64,000 nt of DNA from an uncultured Chloroflexota bacterium (GCA_937901745.1 CALGSZ010000130.1:3320-67319), one strand, 5' to 3'. Shown: positions 47,681 to 57,214, numbered from the stretch's first letter. A program made the numbers and translations. Notes: generated by a model not told the origin, from the sequence alone.

Positions 47681-47684
47681 CAAT

Positions 47685-47726
47685 CGCGCCGGCTCGGCAC
47701 GGCTGACCGCAACGCGAGCCGGCGCG
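47685..47726. terminator. inverted repeat between convergent genes
   Basis: CGCGCCGGCTCG-N18-CGAGCCGGCGCG, perfect 12-bp arms. Confidence 0.5.
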
Positions 47727-47755
47727 CATCTGCAATGGGCTTCTCAATCCCCTAA

Positions 47756-48532
47756 TTACGTCAAGTTCGCCCCGCCCGTCACGTCAATCGCCGCGCCCGT
47801 GATGAACTCCGCCGCTGGCGTGCAGAGGAAGACGACAACCTTCGCAACGTCCTCCGGCGTCTCGATCCGCCCGAGCGGCGTCAGGCGAATGTAGTCTGCC
47901 TTCACCTGCTCGACCGTGATGCCGCGCAGCTCCGCCTCCCAGACCAGCTCCCGCTCCTGCATCGGCGTCGCCACGTAGCCCGGACAGACGCAATTGACAC
48001 GGATTCCGTACGGTCCAAGCTCGACCGCCGCCGACTTCGTGAACCCGATGCACGCCCACTTCGACGCGGCGTAGTGCGCGAGAAGCGGCACGGCCTTCTT
48101 CCCCGCCATCGATGCCGTGTTGACGATGCATCCGGAGCGCCGCGCCATCATGCCCGGCAGCGCCGCGCGGGTCACGAGGAAGACGCCCTTGGCGTTGACG
48201 TCCATGTTGAAGTCCCAATCTTCCTCGGTCAGATCCCAGACCGCTCGCATCGTCGAGACGCCCGCGTTGTTGATCAGGATGTCCAGCGGCCCGACCTCGC
48301 GCTCGACCGTCTGGATCACCTGCTCCGCCTCGGTCAACGACGTGACATCGAGCCGATACGCGCGAGCGCCCGGAATCCCCGCCGCCGTCTCGCTTGCCAT
48401 CGCCTCATCGATATCGGTCGCCACCACGGTCGCGCCGGCCTCGCCAAGCCCCCGCGCGATCGCCCGCCCGATCCCGGCGCCCGCGCCTGTCACCAGCGCT
48501 ACCTTCCCTGCCAATACCCGCTCTTGAGTCAT
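47756..48532 (-). CDS. short-chain dehydrogenase/reductase (sugar/polyol dehydrogenase-like)
   Basis: TGAGAGIG, NNAG, YAASK, VCPG. Confidence 0.92.
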   Translation of the reverse strand: MTQERVLAGKVALVTGAGAGIGRAIARGLGEAGATVVATDIDEAMASETAAGIPGARAYRLDVTSLTEAEQVIQTVEREVGPLDILINNAGVSTMRAVWDLTEEDWDFNMDVNAKGVFLVTRAALPGMMARRSGCIVNTASMAGKKAVPLLAHYAASKWACIGFTKSAAVELGPYGIRVNCVCPGYVATPMQERELVWEAELRGITVEQVKADYIRLTPLGRIETPEDVAKVVVFLCTPAAEFITGAAIDVTGGANLT

Positions 48533-48640
48533 CCGTTTCCTCCCTCTACCGATTGGCTCGCGCTCTCGCGCTTCGGGACGTTACGAACGTTCTTGTGCGC
48601 CGTCAACTGCATTCCGCGTTTGTCTTGTGTTTCCACACGC

Positions 48641-48669
48641 TTGACAGCCACTTCCGTCGTCTGTACCCT
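48641..48669 (+). promoter_or_regulatory. sigma70-like promoter of the sugar ABC genes
   Basis: TTGACA-17 nt-TACCCT. Confidence 0.5.
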
Positions 48670-48735
48670 GCCCGCGGCGACCCACGTGCTGCCTCACCCA
48701 GGTCTGCATGATTTGCGACTCAAGGGAGTTGTGTC

Positions 48736-49626
48736 TTGGCAACCGCGGTGTCTACCCGTCTGCCAGACTCGTCAGCCGGTCGTGACCGGCGACGCTTCAG
48801 GACGAGCATCTTCCTGACGCACCTGGTGCTCATCCTGGCAAGCTTGACCATCCTCGTCCCCGTCCTCTGGACGGCACGGACGTCGTTCGCGCCGACCGAT
48901 TTTGCCTATCGGCCGGCCACGCTCGACTTCACGCCAACACTCGCGAACTACCGCCGCATCTTCGTCGAGGATCGCTTTCAGCAGTTCCTCTGGAACTCGT
49001 TCTGGATCGCCGTCATCTCCGCCCTCATCAGTCTCGTCATCGGCTCCCTGGCCGCGTATTCGATCGCCCGCTTCCGGACTGGCGGCTCGGCGCTCAGCCT
49101 GACGATCCTCGGCACGCAGATGCTCCCGCCCGTCGCGCTCGTCATCCCCTTCTACCTGATGGTGCGCGAGCAGGTTTCGTTCCTCGGCCGCGAGTTCAAT
49201 CTCTACGACCGCGGTCTGACGCTCGCTCTCGTTTATCTCTCGTTCAATCTCCCCTTCGTCGTCTGGATTTTGATCGGCTTCTTCCAAGGCATCCCGCGCG
49301 AGATCGAGGACGCAGCGCTCGTGGACGGTGCGACGCGGTTCCAGGCGTTCCGCCAGGTCGTCATCCCCGTCTCCCTCCCCGGCCTGCTCGCCGCCGGCAT
49401 CTTCGCCTTCGTCCTGAGCTGGAACGACTTCCTCTTTGCCCTCATTCTCACCGGCCGCGATTCGCGCACGATGCCCGTCGCTCTCGCATCGCTCATGACC
49501 TCCCAGGGGCACCAAGTCAGCGCGATCTGCGCGGCGACGATCGCGATGATGATCCCAATCGTCTTACTCACCTGGGTGATCCAGCGATTCTTGGTGCGCG
49601 GCCTCACGTTCGGCGCGCTGAAGTAG
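48736..49626 (+). CDS. carbohydrate ABC permease (MalG-type)
   Basis: IPREIEDAALVDGA EAA loop, SWNDFLFA, QRFLVRGL. Confidence 0.9.
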   Translation: MATAVSTRLPDSSAGRDRRRFRTSIFLTHLVLILASLTILVPVLWTARTSFAPTDFAYRPATLDFTPTLANYRRIFVEDRFQQFLWNSFWIAVISALISLVIGSLAAYSIARFRTGGSALSLTILGTQMLPPVALVIPFYLMVREQVSFLGREFNLYDRGLTLALVYLSFNLPFVVWILIGFFQGIPREIEDAALVDGATRFQAFRQVVIPVSLPGLLAAGIFAFVLSWNDFLFALILTGRDSRTMPVALASLMTSQGHQVSAICAATIAMMIPIVLLTWVIQRFLVRGLTFGALK

Positions 49627-49654
49627 CGGAAGCAGCGAGCGAAAGGAGACAACG

Positions 49655-50998
49655 ATGAACGGCTTGAATCGCACAGTGGATCGGCGCCGGCTCATCAAGG
49701 GCGCGAGCGCCGCTGGCGTCGGGCTTTGGTCGGGAACGTGGTTTAGCCGCTCCACCCGCGCCAGCCAGACGGAACTCTCCCGTGAATACGAGGGCACGAC
49801 GCTCAACGTGCTGATGGAGGACCTCCTCGAGACCACCCTCGTCGAGGAGCTGTTGCCGGAGTTCGAGGAGCAGACCGGCATCAAAGTCCAGTTCGAGAAG
49901 GTCGTCTACCCTGTCATGCACGACAAGCTCGTCGCCTCCCTCGCCGCTGGCGAAGGCGGTGGCATCTACGACCTCCTCGAAGTCGACTTCTACTGGGTCT
50001 ACGAGTTCGCCCGCGCCGGCTGGGTCGAGGACCTCGGCGAGCGCATCGCCAACAGCAACGGTGCCATTGACCTCTCACGCTACACCGAATCGGTGCTCAA
50101 CATCGGCTCCCAGGTCGACGGCAAGACCTATTACATCCCGATGTACGTCTACCCGATGGGTCTCATCTACCGGAAGGACCTGCTCGAGGACCAGGCGTTC
50201 CGCGACGACTACCAGGCCAAGGCCGGCAAGGAACTGGCGCTGCCGACGACCGTCGAGGAGTATGTCGAGCAGATCAAGATCATCCAGCAGCTGCGGCCGG
50301 ACGAGCTGTACGGCGCCGCGATGCAGGGCATGCAGGGCGACCCGATCGTCATGGAGTTCTGCAATTATCTCTATGGCGTCGGCGGCGACTTCTACGACGC
50401 CGAGCTGACGCAGCCCACCATCAACAACGAGCTTGGCGTCAAGGCGGCCGAGCTCTACATCGACGCGATCAAGAACGCGGCTCAGCCCGGCGCGGCCAAC
50501 GCGGACCTCAACGACACCGGCGCGCTCTGGCGGCAGGGTCGCGCCTTCAGCGCGGTCAGCTACCTCTTCCTCCTCTCCGATGGCGAGAACCTGGAGGAGT
50601 CGCAGGTCAAGGGCAAGGGCGCGGTCACGACGATGCCCGGCGGCGTCGGCCTGACCGGATCCTGGAGCTGGGGCATCCCGAAGAGCTCGCCGAATCCGGA
50701 TGCCGCCTGGGAGTTCATCAAGTGGGTTGAGTCGCCCGACATCGCGATGCGGCGCGCTCTCGGCGGCGGCGTCGCCGCCCAGAAGGCGCCGTACGACAAT
50801 CCCGAGTACACCTCGAAGTACCCGTGGATGGCGCAGGTCAGGGATCTGATCGCGACCAGCAAGGGGCTCCCGGGCGTCACGAAGCAGGCGACGCTCGTCG
50901 AGATCGTCGGCCGGCACCTCAGCGACGCCGTTGCCGGCGGCAAGAGCGCGCAAGAGGCGATGGACGCCGCCGCGGAGGAGCTGTCCGATCTCCTCTAA
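49655..50998 (+). CDS. carbohydrate ABC substrate-binding protein (Tat signal)
   Basis: DRRRLIK, EFEEQTGIKV, LIYRKDL, AAWEFIKW. Confidence 0.9.
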   Translation: MNGLNRTVDRRRLIKGASAAGVGLWSGTWFSRSTRASQTELSREYEGTTLNVLMEDLLETTLVEELLPEFEEQTGIKVQFEKVVYPVMHDKLVASLAAGEGGGIYDLLEVDFYWVYEFARAGWVEDLGERIANSNGAIDLSRYTESVLNIGSQVDGKTYYIPMYVYPMGLIYRKDLLEDQAFRDDYQAKAGKELALPTTVEEYVEQIKIIQQLRPDELYGAAMQGMQGDPIVMEFCNYLYGVGGDFYDAELTQPTINNELGVKAAELYIDAIKNAAQPGAANADLNDTGALWRQGRAFSAVSYLFLLSDGENLEESQVKGKGAVTTMPGGVGLTGSWSWGIPKSSPNPDAAWEFIKWVESPDIAMRRALGGGVAAQKAPYDNPEYTSKYPWMAQVRDLIATSKGLPGVTKQATLVEIVGRHLSDAVAGGKSAQEAMDAAAEELSDLL

Positions 50999-51034
50999 CG
51001 CTCAGGTGTTGCGCCGGAAAAGGCTGTAGCCTCG

Positions 51035-51991
51035 ATGTCTCAGGATCAATTGGCCGGTCAGGGTATCCCGGGACGCGTCTCCGTCGAGTCGCGTCCTCGG
51101 GAGACGCTGCAGCGCCCCGTTCGACGCGGCTTCATCCCATTCCGAATCTGGATGGTCCTGCCGACGATCGTCGGTCTGCTGGCGGTCGTCGGCTTCCCCC
51201 TCCTCTACGCCCTCTGGGTCTCGCTCCATGAATACGACCTCACCGAAGGGGGCATCGGGGATTTCGTCCGGTTCGAGAACTTCAGCGACGTCCTCGGCAT
51301 GGACGTCTTCATCCAGGCGGCCAAGAACACGGTCGTCCTGACTGTCTCGGTCGTCCTCCTGGAGCTGGCGATCGCCCTCGGGCTCGCCCTGCTCCTGAAC
51401 CAGCCCGGCTTGCGGTTCCGCAACATCTATCTCGCCATTCTGCTCATCCCGCTCCTCGTCAGCCCGGTCGCCGTCGGTCTGATCTGGCGCCTGCTCCTCC
51501 ACCCGGACCTCGGCGCCGTCAACTGGCTACTGAAGACGCTCGGGCTCCCCGGGCAAGAATGGCTCGGCAACCGCAGCACCGCGATGCCGGCGGTCATCGG
51601 CGTCGACGTCTGGCACGAGACGTCGCTCCTCCTGGTCATCGTCCTCGCCGGGCTAACCGCGCTGCCGAAGGAGCCGATGGAAGCCGCGGTCGTTGATGGC
51701 GCCAATCGCTGGCAGGTCTTCTGGACAGTTACCCTGCCCCTCCTCGCGCCGGTCATCCTCGTCGCCGTCCTCATCCGGATGATCGCGGCGATGAAGACAT
51801 ACGACCTGATCTACATCCTGACCGCAGGCGGCCCCGGCGGCGCGACGGAGACGATCTCCTTCCGCATCTGGAAGGTCGGCTTCACCAACCTGGACATGGG
51901 GCGCGCCTCCGCCGCCTCGGTCCTACTCCTGCTCGTCATCCTCGCCCTGACCGCCATCCTGATCCGAGTCATGCGCGTCGAGGAGAACTAA
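51035..51991 (+). CDS. carbohydrate ABC permease (MalF-type)
   Basis: FENF, SPVAVGLIW, LAGL..EAAVVDGA, LTAGGPG. Confidence 0.9.
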   Translation: MSQDQLAGQGIPGRVSVESRPRETLQRPVRRGFIPFRIWMVLPTIVGLLAVVGFPLLYALWVSLHEYDLTEGGIGDFVRFENFSDVLGMDVFIQAAKNTVVLTVSVVLLELAIALGLALLLNQPGLRFRNIYLAILLIPLLVSPVAVGLIWRLLLHPDLGAVNWLLKTLGLPGQEWLGNRSTAMPAVIGVDVWHETSLLLVIVLAGLTALPKEPMEAAVVDGANRWQVFWTVTLPLLAPVILVAVLIRMIAAMKTYDLIYILTAGGPGGATETISFRIWKVGFTNLDMGRASAASVLLLLVILALTAILIRVMRVEEN

Positions 51992-52057
51992 TTCCGCGCG
52001 TATGACAAGCGAGAGACGGGAGCGCCGAACTTGCGCGCGCCCGTCCCCGGACGCGTT

Positions 52058-52083
52058 GGAGCCGGGTCTTGCGACCCGGCTCC
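52058..52083. terminator. stem-loop between convergent genes
   Basis: GGAGCCGGGTC-TTGC-GACCCGGCTCC (GCAA tetraloop on minus strand). Confidence 0.55.
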
Positions 52084-52121
52084 TCCTGGCGTGAGAGGTT
52101 TGAATTGTTCCCCCAGCGACG

Positions 52122-52982
52122 TTAGTCCGCGGGACTTGGCGTCGCTTGCGGCTCCGCCCCTCGGCGCACCAGCTTGCCGGGTTGCCAAGGAGTGCCGAGC
52201 GCCGGGAGCAGATACCGGTCGAGGCCCCAATATCCAGCGACCTTCCAGGCCAGGATCAGGAAGACGCTGAGTCCGAACAGAACCGGGTTGCTGCTGGCGG
52301 TGCCGGCGAGCAGGAAGTTGAAGTTCATGAAGGAGCCGAAGAAGGCCGCGATGCCAACGAGCGCTCCGACCACCAGGCCAACACCGACCAGGAACTCACC
52401 CATCGCGATGAGCTTGGCGAACCAGTTCTCCCAGCCCCGATCGATCATCCACTGGATGAAGTCGGAGAACCAGGCGTAGGTCGGATTCGGCGCGGCATCA
52501 GGCGACACGATCCGCTCCCAGAACCCCGGCGCCTCCGGATTGCCCGAAACCAGCGCCGTGCCACCGTCCATCCACTTGCTGTCGCGAATCTTGTGCTCAC
52601 CAGCCGCCAGCCACTCGCGACCGACGAAGAAGCGCAGCGGCATCCAGAAGACACTCAGGTAGACATTGCCGAGCAGGAGCCGCCACCAAGTGGGATCATG
52701 CGTCTGACCGGGCGTCTGCTCATCCACCCGCGAGCGAAGCTCCACGCCCTCGGGAGGCAGCTTCTGCGCCTGGTAGATCCCCGTGATGATGATGATTGCG
52801 AGGAGCACATAGGTCCAAATCGTGCCCTCGGAGATAACCGTGATGCCGTCGGACCCTTTCTGCGAGAACAGAACGTCTCCCTTGAGACTGAAGAGCCCGT
52901 CCGTAAAGGCCCAGAAGAGCAGCACGTAGAGCACTGCCGACACTGCGGTCAACGCGTAGGCTTTGGCGCGCGTCATGACCAT
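52122..52982 (-). CDS. DoxX/DoxD-family membrane protein with extra N-terminal TM hairpin
   Basis: LRFFVGREWLAAGEHK, GEFLVGVGL, FMNFNFLLAGTASSNP, AGYWGLD. Confidence 0.8.
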   Translation of the reverse strand: MVMTRAKAYALTAVSAVLYVLLFWAFTDGLFSLKGDVLFSQKGSDGITVISEGTIWTYVLLAIIIITGIYQAQKLPPEGVELRSRVDEQTPGQTHDPTWWRLLLGNVYLSVFWMPLRFFVGREWLAAGEHKIRDSKWMDGGTALVSGNPEAPGFWERIVSPDAAPNPTYAWFSDFIQWMIDRGWENWFAKLIAMGEFLVGVGLVVGALVGIAAFFGSFMNFNFLLAGTASSNPVLFGLSVFLILAWKVAGYWGLDRYLLPALGTPWQPGKLVRRGAEPQATPSPAD

Positions 52983-53227
52983 GGTACACCTCCTCTGCCA
53001 GCGTATCGCCGGCGCAAACCGCCGCTCGGTCCTTCTCAGTCGCCAGGACAGGTCATTAGCGGCCCGCCCGAATTACTTCTTCCGAGGTCCTAGGTGATCC
53101 TATCATCCTCGATCACCTTGACGCTGGCAGGATACCCCGGCCCATGCACCAACAGTGCAAAAGTCAAGCCAGGGTTTCGCAACAGAATCGCAACAATGCC
53201 GCTGCTGCGCTTCGCGGAGGGTATCGG

Positions 53228-54136
53228 TCAGGCGGGCGCCTCACAGAGCACGAAATTGCTCTCCATATCAGTGTGATACTCCAGACGTTGCCCTTCGCTC
53301 TCGATGATGATGCGGTATCCCGGCGTGATCACCTGCGCGTAGAACTCGCCAGGCTGGGGACACCCGAGCGAGGTATCCGGCCACTCGACCGGCTCGATCG
53401 TCACGATCGTCACCTGGTCCGGCGCGGTCCCCAGGCGGCTTGCCGCGTCCGCCAAGACCGCTTGCACCGGCGGACTGTTCAGCAGCTCATCGGACACCGG
53501 CGATGGCTCTGTCGTCTCGACCGGCGTCGCCGCCGGAGTCGCCGCTGGCCGAACCGCGTCGATCAGCCAGCGATCGCTGACCTGAGCGAACCAAACGACG
53601 TCAACGGGCGCGCCCGGCTCGACAATGGTCACGAGAGCTGCGGCGCGGCCGTCTGGCAGCATCCGCGCCTCCAGGATGACCGGCGTCCGATCAACGCCTA
53701 CCGGCGAGGACCCCGGCTCCGGCGTCCCCGCACCACTACTCCCCGGCACGATCGGCACCGGCTCGTCCGCGAAGACCTCGCTCCTGATGTACTCATCGGT
53801 ATAGAGCGCTAGCAGCCGGCCCAGATCGCGCGCCTCGGCGCAGGCAACAACCTCCCGCAGCGTCTGCTCCAGCGCCGCGATCACCGCCGGATCGGCCGGG
53901 TCACCCTCCGGCAGCGTCGCTGGCTCGGGCGCCTCCGGCGTCGCGGCAGAAGCGACGGGCGTGGCAGCCAGCGCCATGATCTCCGCCTCGGAGCGCGGCG
54001 CGATCTGGCATTCCGCGGCGGTCGGCGGGCCCAAATCCCCGCTTGGCGTGACCGTTTGCGCCATTGCCAGGGAGGCATTCACGACGGCCAGCGGGACGGA
54101 CAGACTCCACAGCATGAGTCGAAGTCGGCGGTGCAT
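53228..54136 (-). CDS. secreted two-domain hypothetical protein
   Basis: Signal peptide after GGGAGG SD; ECQIAPRS...VACAEARD domain; C-terminal WPDTSLGCPQPG..YAQVITPGY domain; ATP-rich linkers. Confidence 0.75.
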   Translation of the reverse strand: MHRRLRLMLWSLSVPLAVVNASLAMAQTVTPSGDLGPPTAAECQIAPRSEAEIMALAATPVASAATPEAPEPATLPEGDPADPAVIAALEQTLREVVACAEARDLGRLLALYTDEYIRSEVFADEPVPIVPGSSGAGTPEPGSSPVGVDRTPVILEARMLPDGRAAALVTIVEPGAPVDVVWFAQVSDRWLIDAVRPAATPAATPVETTEPSPVSDELLNSPPVQAVLADAASRLGTAPDQVTIVTIEPVEWPDTSLGCPQPGEFYAQVITPGYRIIIESEGQRLEYHTDMESNFVLCEAPA

Positions 54137-54363
54137 CGGAAACCTCCCATTCAGCTGACGCGAGTGAGGCAACATCATCCCGCAAGCAGGATGCCGGCCA
54201 GAATGCATGGGCCTGCGCGCAACCTGCGTGCCTGTCAATCATTAACGCGGCGCGCCGGTCGCGGGTGCCGCCCCTCGTCACCCTCGCGAACGCGTTCGCT
54301 CACAAGACTCGAAGCGCGGCTCCCAATCGGGCATCCTACAGCAGATGACAGGAGCGACCAGAC

Positions 54364-55281
54364 GTGACAGAGACGGGTAAGATCCACACCATCGGCGCCG
54401 AGCGCACCGCCTTTGCGTTCCGACCCGACGTCGAGCCCGCGCTCCGCGTCCAGCCCGGCGAGATCGTCCGGTTCGAGACATCGGCCAAGCCGATCGAGCA
54501 CCTCATCGCCGCCGGCGACCGTTGGCTGGAAATTCTCGATCTCGATGCCATCAACGCCATCACCGGCCCGGTGTATATCGAGGGCGTTGAGCCCGGCGAT
54601 GCCGTCGCGGTCGAGATACTCGACATCACCCCCGCCGATTGGGGATGGTGCGCCTACATACCCGGCTACGGTTTGCTCGCCCGCCGCCTGCAGCGCCCGA
54701 TGCTGCGCCGCCTCCCGATCCGCGACGGTCAAATCCACATCTCGGACCGGCTGACGATTCCGGTCCGCCCGAGCATCGGCTGCCTCGGCCTCGCGCCAGC
54801 CAAGGGTCAATCTTCGACGCTCGGCCCGCCGTACCCCTGGGGCGGTAACTACGATCTTCCGCAGATCAGACCGGGCAGCACGGTCCTCCTCCCCGCCCAA
54901 GTGCCGGGCGGACTCTTCTCACTCGGCGACCTCCACGCCGCGATGGGCGCGCACGAGCCTACCTTTGTCTCTATCGAGTGTCCCGGCGTCGCGACGGTGC
55001 GACTCCGCGTGCGCAAAGGTCTCGCGCTCCAGACACCCCGCATCGAGACGCCCGATCGGCTCTACACCGTCGGCCTGACCGCGGACGACTCCTCGTTCGG
55101 ACTCGACTTCAACCCCGCGCGCCGTCAAGCCGTCGCGCTCATGTTCGACTACCTGACACGCGAGCGCGGCTTCTCGCCGGAAGATGCCTATATCCTGACG
55201 TCGGCCTGCGTCGACCTCGAGCTTGGCGGCCCAGCCGGCGCCGTCGTCCTCGCCAGCATTCCGCTCGCGGTTCTCACATGA
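54364..55281 (+). CDS. acetamidase/formamidase family protein
   Basis: TGPVYIEGVEPGD, GGNYD, SLGDLHAAMG..E, AYILTS. Confidence 0.85.
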   Translation: MTETGKIHTIGAERTAFAFRPDVEPALRVQPGEIVRFETSAKPIEHLIAAGDRWLEILDLDAINAITGPVYIEGVEPGDAVAVEILDITPADWGWCAYIPGYGLLARRLQRPMLRRLPIRDGQIHISDRLTIPVRPSIGCLGLAPAKGQSSTLGPPYPWGGNYDLPQIRPGSTVLLPAQVPGGLFSLGDLHAAMGAHEPTFVSIECPGVATVRLRVRKGLALQTPRIETPDRLYTVGLTADDSSFGLDFNPARRQAVALMFDYLTRERGFSPEDAYILTSACVDLELGGPAGAVVLASIPLAVLT

Positions 55282-55342
55282 TGCGTCGCCCAGCGTTATC
55301 CACGCGATCGGACGAGCACGCTGTGTTCGCAAAGGGGGAACC

Positions 55343-55921
55343 ATGACCGCGACCGACGATCTGACGCGCTGCTCCTGGGCGCTCGGCCATCCACTGCTGC
55401 TTGCCTATCACGACGAGGAATGGGGCATACCTTGCTGGGACGATGGTGAGCTATTCGCCCGGCTCATGCTCGAGGGCTTCCAGGCGGGCCTCTCCTGGCG
55501 GCTGATCCTCGAGCGTCGCAACCGGCTCAACGAGGTCTTTCACCAGTGGGACCCCGTCCGCATCGCCGCCTTTGGGCCGGATGACGTCGCCCGGCTCCTC
55601 GCCGATCCCGGCATCATCCGCAACCGCCTCAAGATCGAGGGCGCGATCAAGAACGCCCGCGCCTACCTGCGCCTCGTCGAGGAAACTGGCTCCTTCGCGG
55701 ACTACCTCTGGTCCTTCGTCGACGGCGGGCCGCTGCGCAAGCCGGCGCCGGCCACCTCCGCCGATGTACCAACCCAGACGCCAGAATCGGTCGCCATGTC
55801 GCGGGACTTGCGCAAGCGCGGGTTCACCTTCGTCGGCCCGACGATCTGCTACGCCTTCATGCAATCCGTGGGCATGGTCAACGACCACATTGCCGGCTGC
55901 TTCCGCGCTGCGGGGACGTGA
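55343..55921 (+). CDS. tag: DNA-3-methyladenine glycosylase I
   Basis: RCSW..YHDEEWG, LEGFQAGLSW, IIRNRLKI, FVGPTICYAFMQSVGMVNDH..C. Confidence 0.95.
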   Translation: MTATDDLTRCSWALGHPLLLAYHDEEWGIPCWDDGELFARLMLEGFQAGLSWRLILERRNRLNEVFHQWDPVRIAAFGPDDVARLLADPGIIRNRLKIEGAIKNARAYLRLVEETGSFADYLWSFVDGGPLRKPAPATSADVPTQTPESVAMSRDLRKRGFTFVGPTICYAFMQSVGMVNDHIAGCFRAAGT

Positions 55922-56071
55922 CAGAGGGCGCCCTGACCATCGGTCGCGGCCCGCGGCTGTCACGCCGCTGTAACATCGCGTCCGGGCGCCGTCATGACCC
56001 TGTTACGGGGAGCGGGACATCATCGTGAGCACGAGGAACGAATCATCCCGCTCGCAGCCGCGGAGGTGCCC

Positions 56072-56419
56072 ATGCTTGACACCGGTCCCTTATCCGAGAT
56101 CCCCGAGATCTCACTTTTTCACCAGCCGGCTCCTTCCAGAATTCAGCGGGCCAGCGACCTCGCTCTCGCCTACGATACCGCTCTCAACGCTGCCTGGCGC
56201 GGCGAGGACGCTCCTGCCGCATTCTTTGTCTGGCTCTCCGCCCATCGCTGCACGACGATCCAACGGCCGGCCGGTCCTCCCGACGCCGTCAGTCCGCTCG
56301 GCGCTGGCGGCCGCGGTATCGCCTGGTATGACGTGCCCGGGGCAATCGTCGGCATCATTCCTGGACTGCCCTGGTGCTATCTCATCCCGATCGGCGCCGT
56401 CCCGCCGGAGGGAGATTGA
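56072..56419 (+). CDS. hypothetical protein
   Basis: ATG after GGAGGT SD; stop abuts the next gene; no recognised family. Confidence 0.5.
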   Translation: MLDTGPLSEIPEISLFHQPAPSRIQRASDLALAYDTALNAAWRGEDAPAAFFVWLSAHRCTTIQRPAGPPDAVSPLGAGGRGIAWYDVPGAIVGIIPGLPWCYLIPIGAVPPEGD

Positions 56420-56421
56420 CG

Positions 56422-56883
56422 ATGATCGGGCCGCTGCATCCATACGACATCGGAGCGTTGCTTCACCGGCACCACGTCGGGCGCCTCGCTTGCCTAGCCG
56501 ATGGTCGCCCCTACGTCGTTCCGATCAGCTACGTCTATGCCGGCGGCCTGATCTATGGGTACGCGCAGCCTGGCCGCAAACTCTCGGCCCTGCGGTCCGA
56601 CCCGCGCGTCTGCTTCGAAGTCGACGAGCAAGAAGACGCCACGACCTGGCGCAGCGTCGTGGCGGATGGAACCTTTGAGGAGGTGACCGATCCGGTTGAG
56701 CGCAAGGTCGCACTGAGTTTGCTCGCGGAATCCGCGCCGCCGATGGTGGCGCCGTCCGCCGGGGCGCCGGGCGTTGTCTTCCGGCTTCGCCTGACCGGCG
56801 CCTCGGGTAGATTCGCGCGGCGAGCCCCGACGCCTCCAGCAGCGCCGCGACTCGCCGCGACCGAATCACTCGCGATGGCCTAG
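56422..56883 (+). CDS. pyridoxamine 5'-phosphate oxidase-like (NimA-type) flavin-binding protein
   Basis: VGRLAC..GRPYVVPISY, GRKL..DPRVCFEVD, WRSVV. Confidence 0.85.
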   Translation: MIGPLHPYDIGALLHRHHVGRLACLADGRPYVVPISYVYAGGLIYGYAQPGRKLSALRSDPRVCFEVDEQEDATTWRSVVADGTFEEVTDPVERKVALSLLAESAPPMVAPSAGAPGVVFRLRLTGASGRFARRAPTPPAAPRLAATESLAMA

Positions 56884-56956
56884 GACCTGCCGCTTCCCGA
56901 GCCCCACAACTCGCCGCGTGTAACTCCCCTTCCCCAATTCCCTCCCAATTCGCTGC

Positions 56957-57214
56957 TCAGCCAAGCAGCGCCTCAAGTTTCTCCTCTACCTCATTGGGAT
57001 TCGGGAAGCGGCCGGTCTGGGCCTTCGAATAGATCAGTTGCCCGTTGTACGTCACCTCGAAGATGCCGCCGCTGCCAGGAATGAGAGTCACGCCTCCCGG
57101 CAACTGATCTGCATAATCATGCAGGATGCTCTCCGCCAACCTGGCGGCTCTACTCAGATACCCTCACGACGTGCAATACACGATGCGGACGTGGGCAACG
57201 TCACGCTCGGTCAT
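56957..57214 (-). CDS. SelW/SelT/SelH (Rdx) family selenoprotein, CxxU, 85 aa
   Basis: ATG 57214 after GGAGGAG SD; MTERDVAHVRIVYCTS-UGA-GYLSRAARLAES... continues in frame into GSGGIFEV..NGQLIYSK..GRFP; UGA at 57164-57166. Confidence 0.88.
57133..57147 (-). promoter_or_regulatory. bacterial SECIS-like hairpin
   Basis: CCGCCA-GGT-TGGCGG beginning 16 nt after the in-frame UGA, with G at the start of the apical loop. Confidence 0.65.

Noticed and set aside
55958..55975. TGTCAC-N6-GTAACA palindrome resembling a GlnR/TnrA box
   Set aside because: Spacing is one base off the TGTNA-N7-TNACA consensus and the downstream genes are not nitrogen-related; single weak instance
56957..57214. Calling the Rdx gene a pseudogene because of the internal stop
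   Set aside because: The UGA falls exactly at the CxxU position and is followed by a SECIS-like hairpin, which favours selenocysteine recoding
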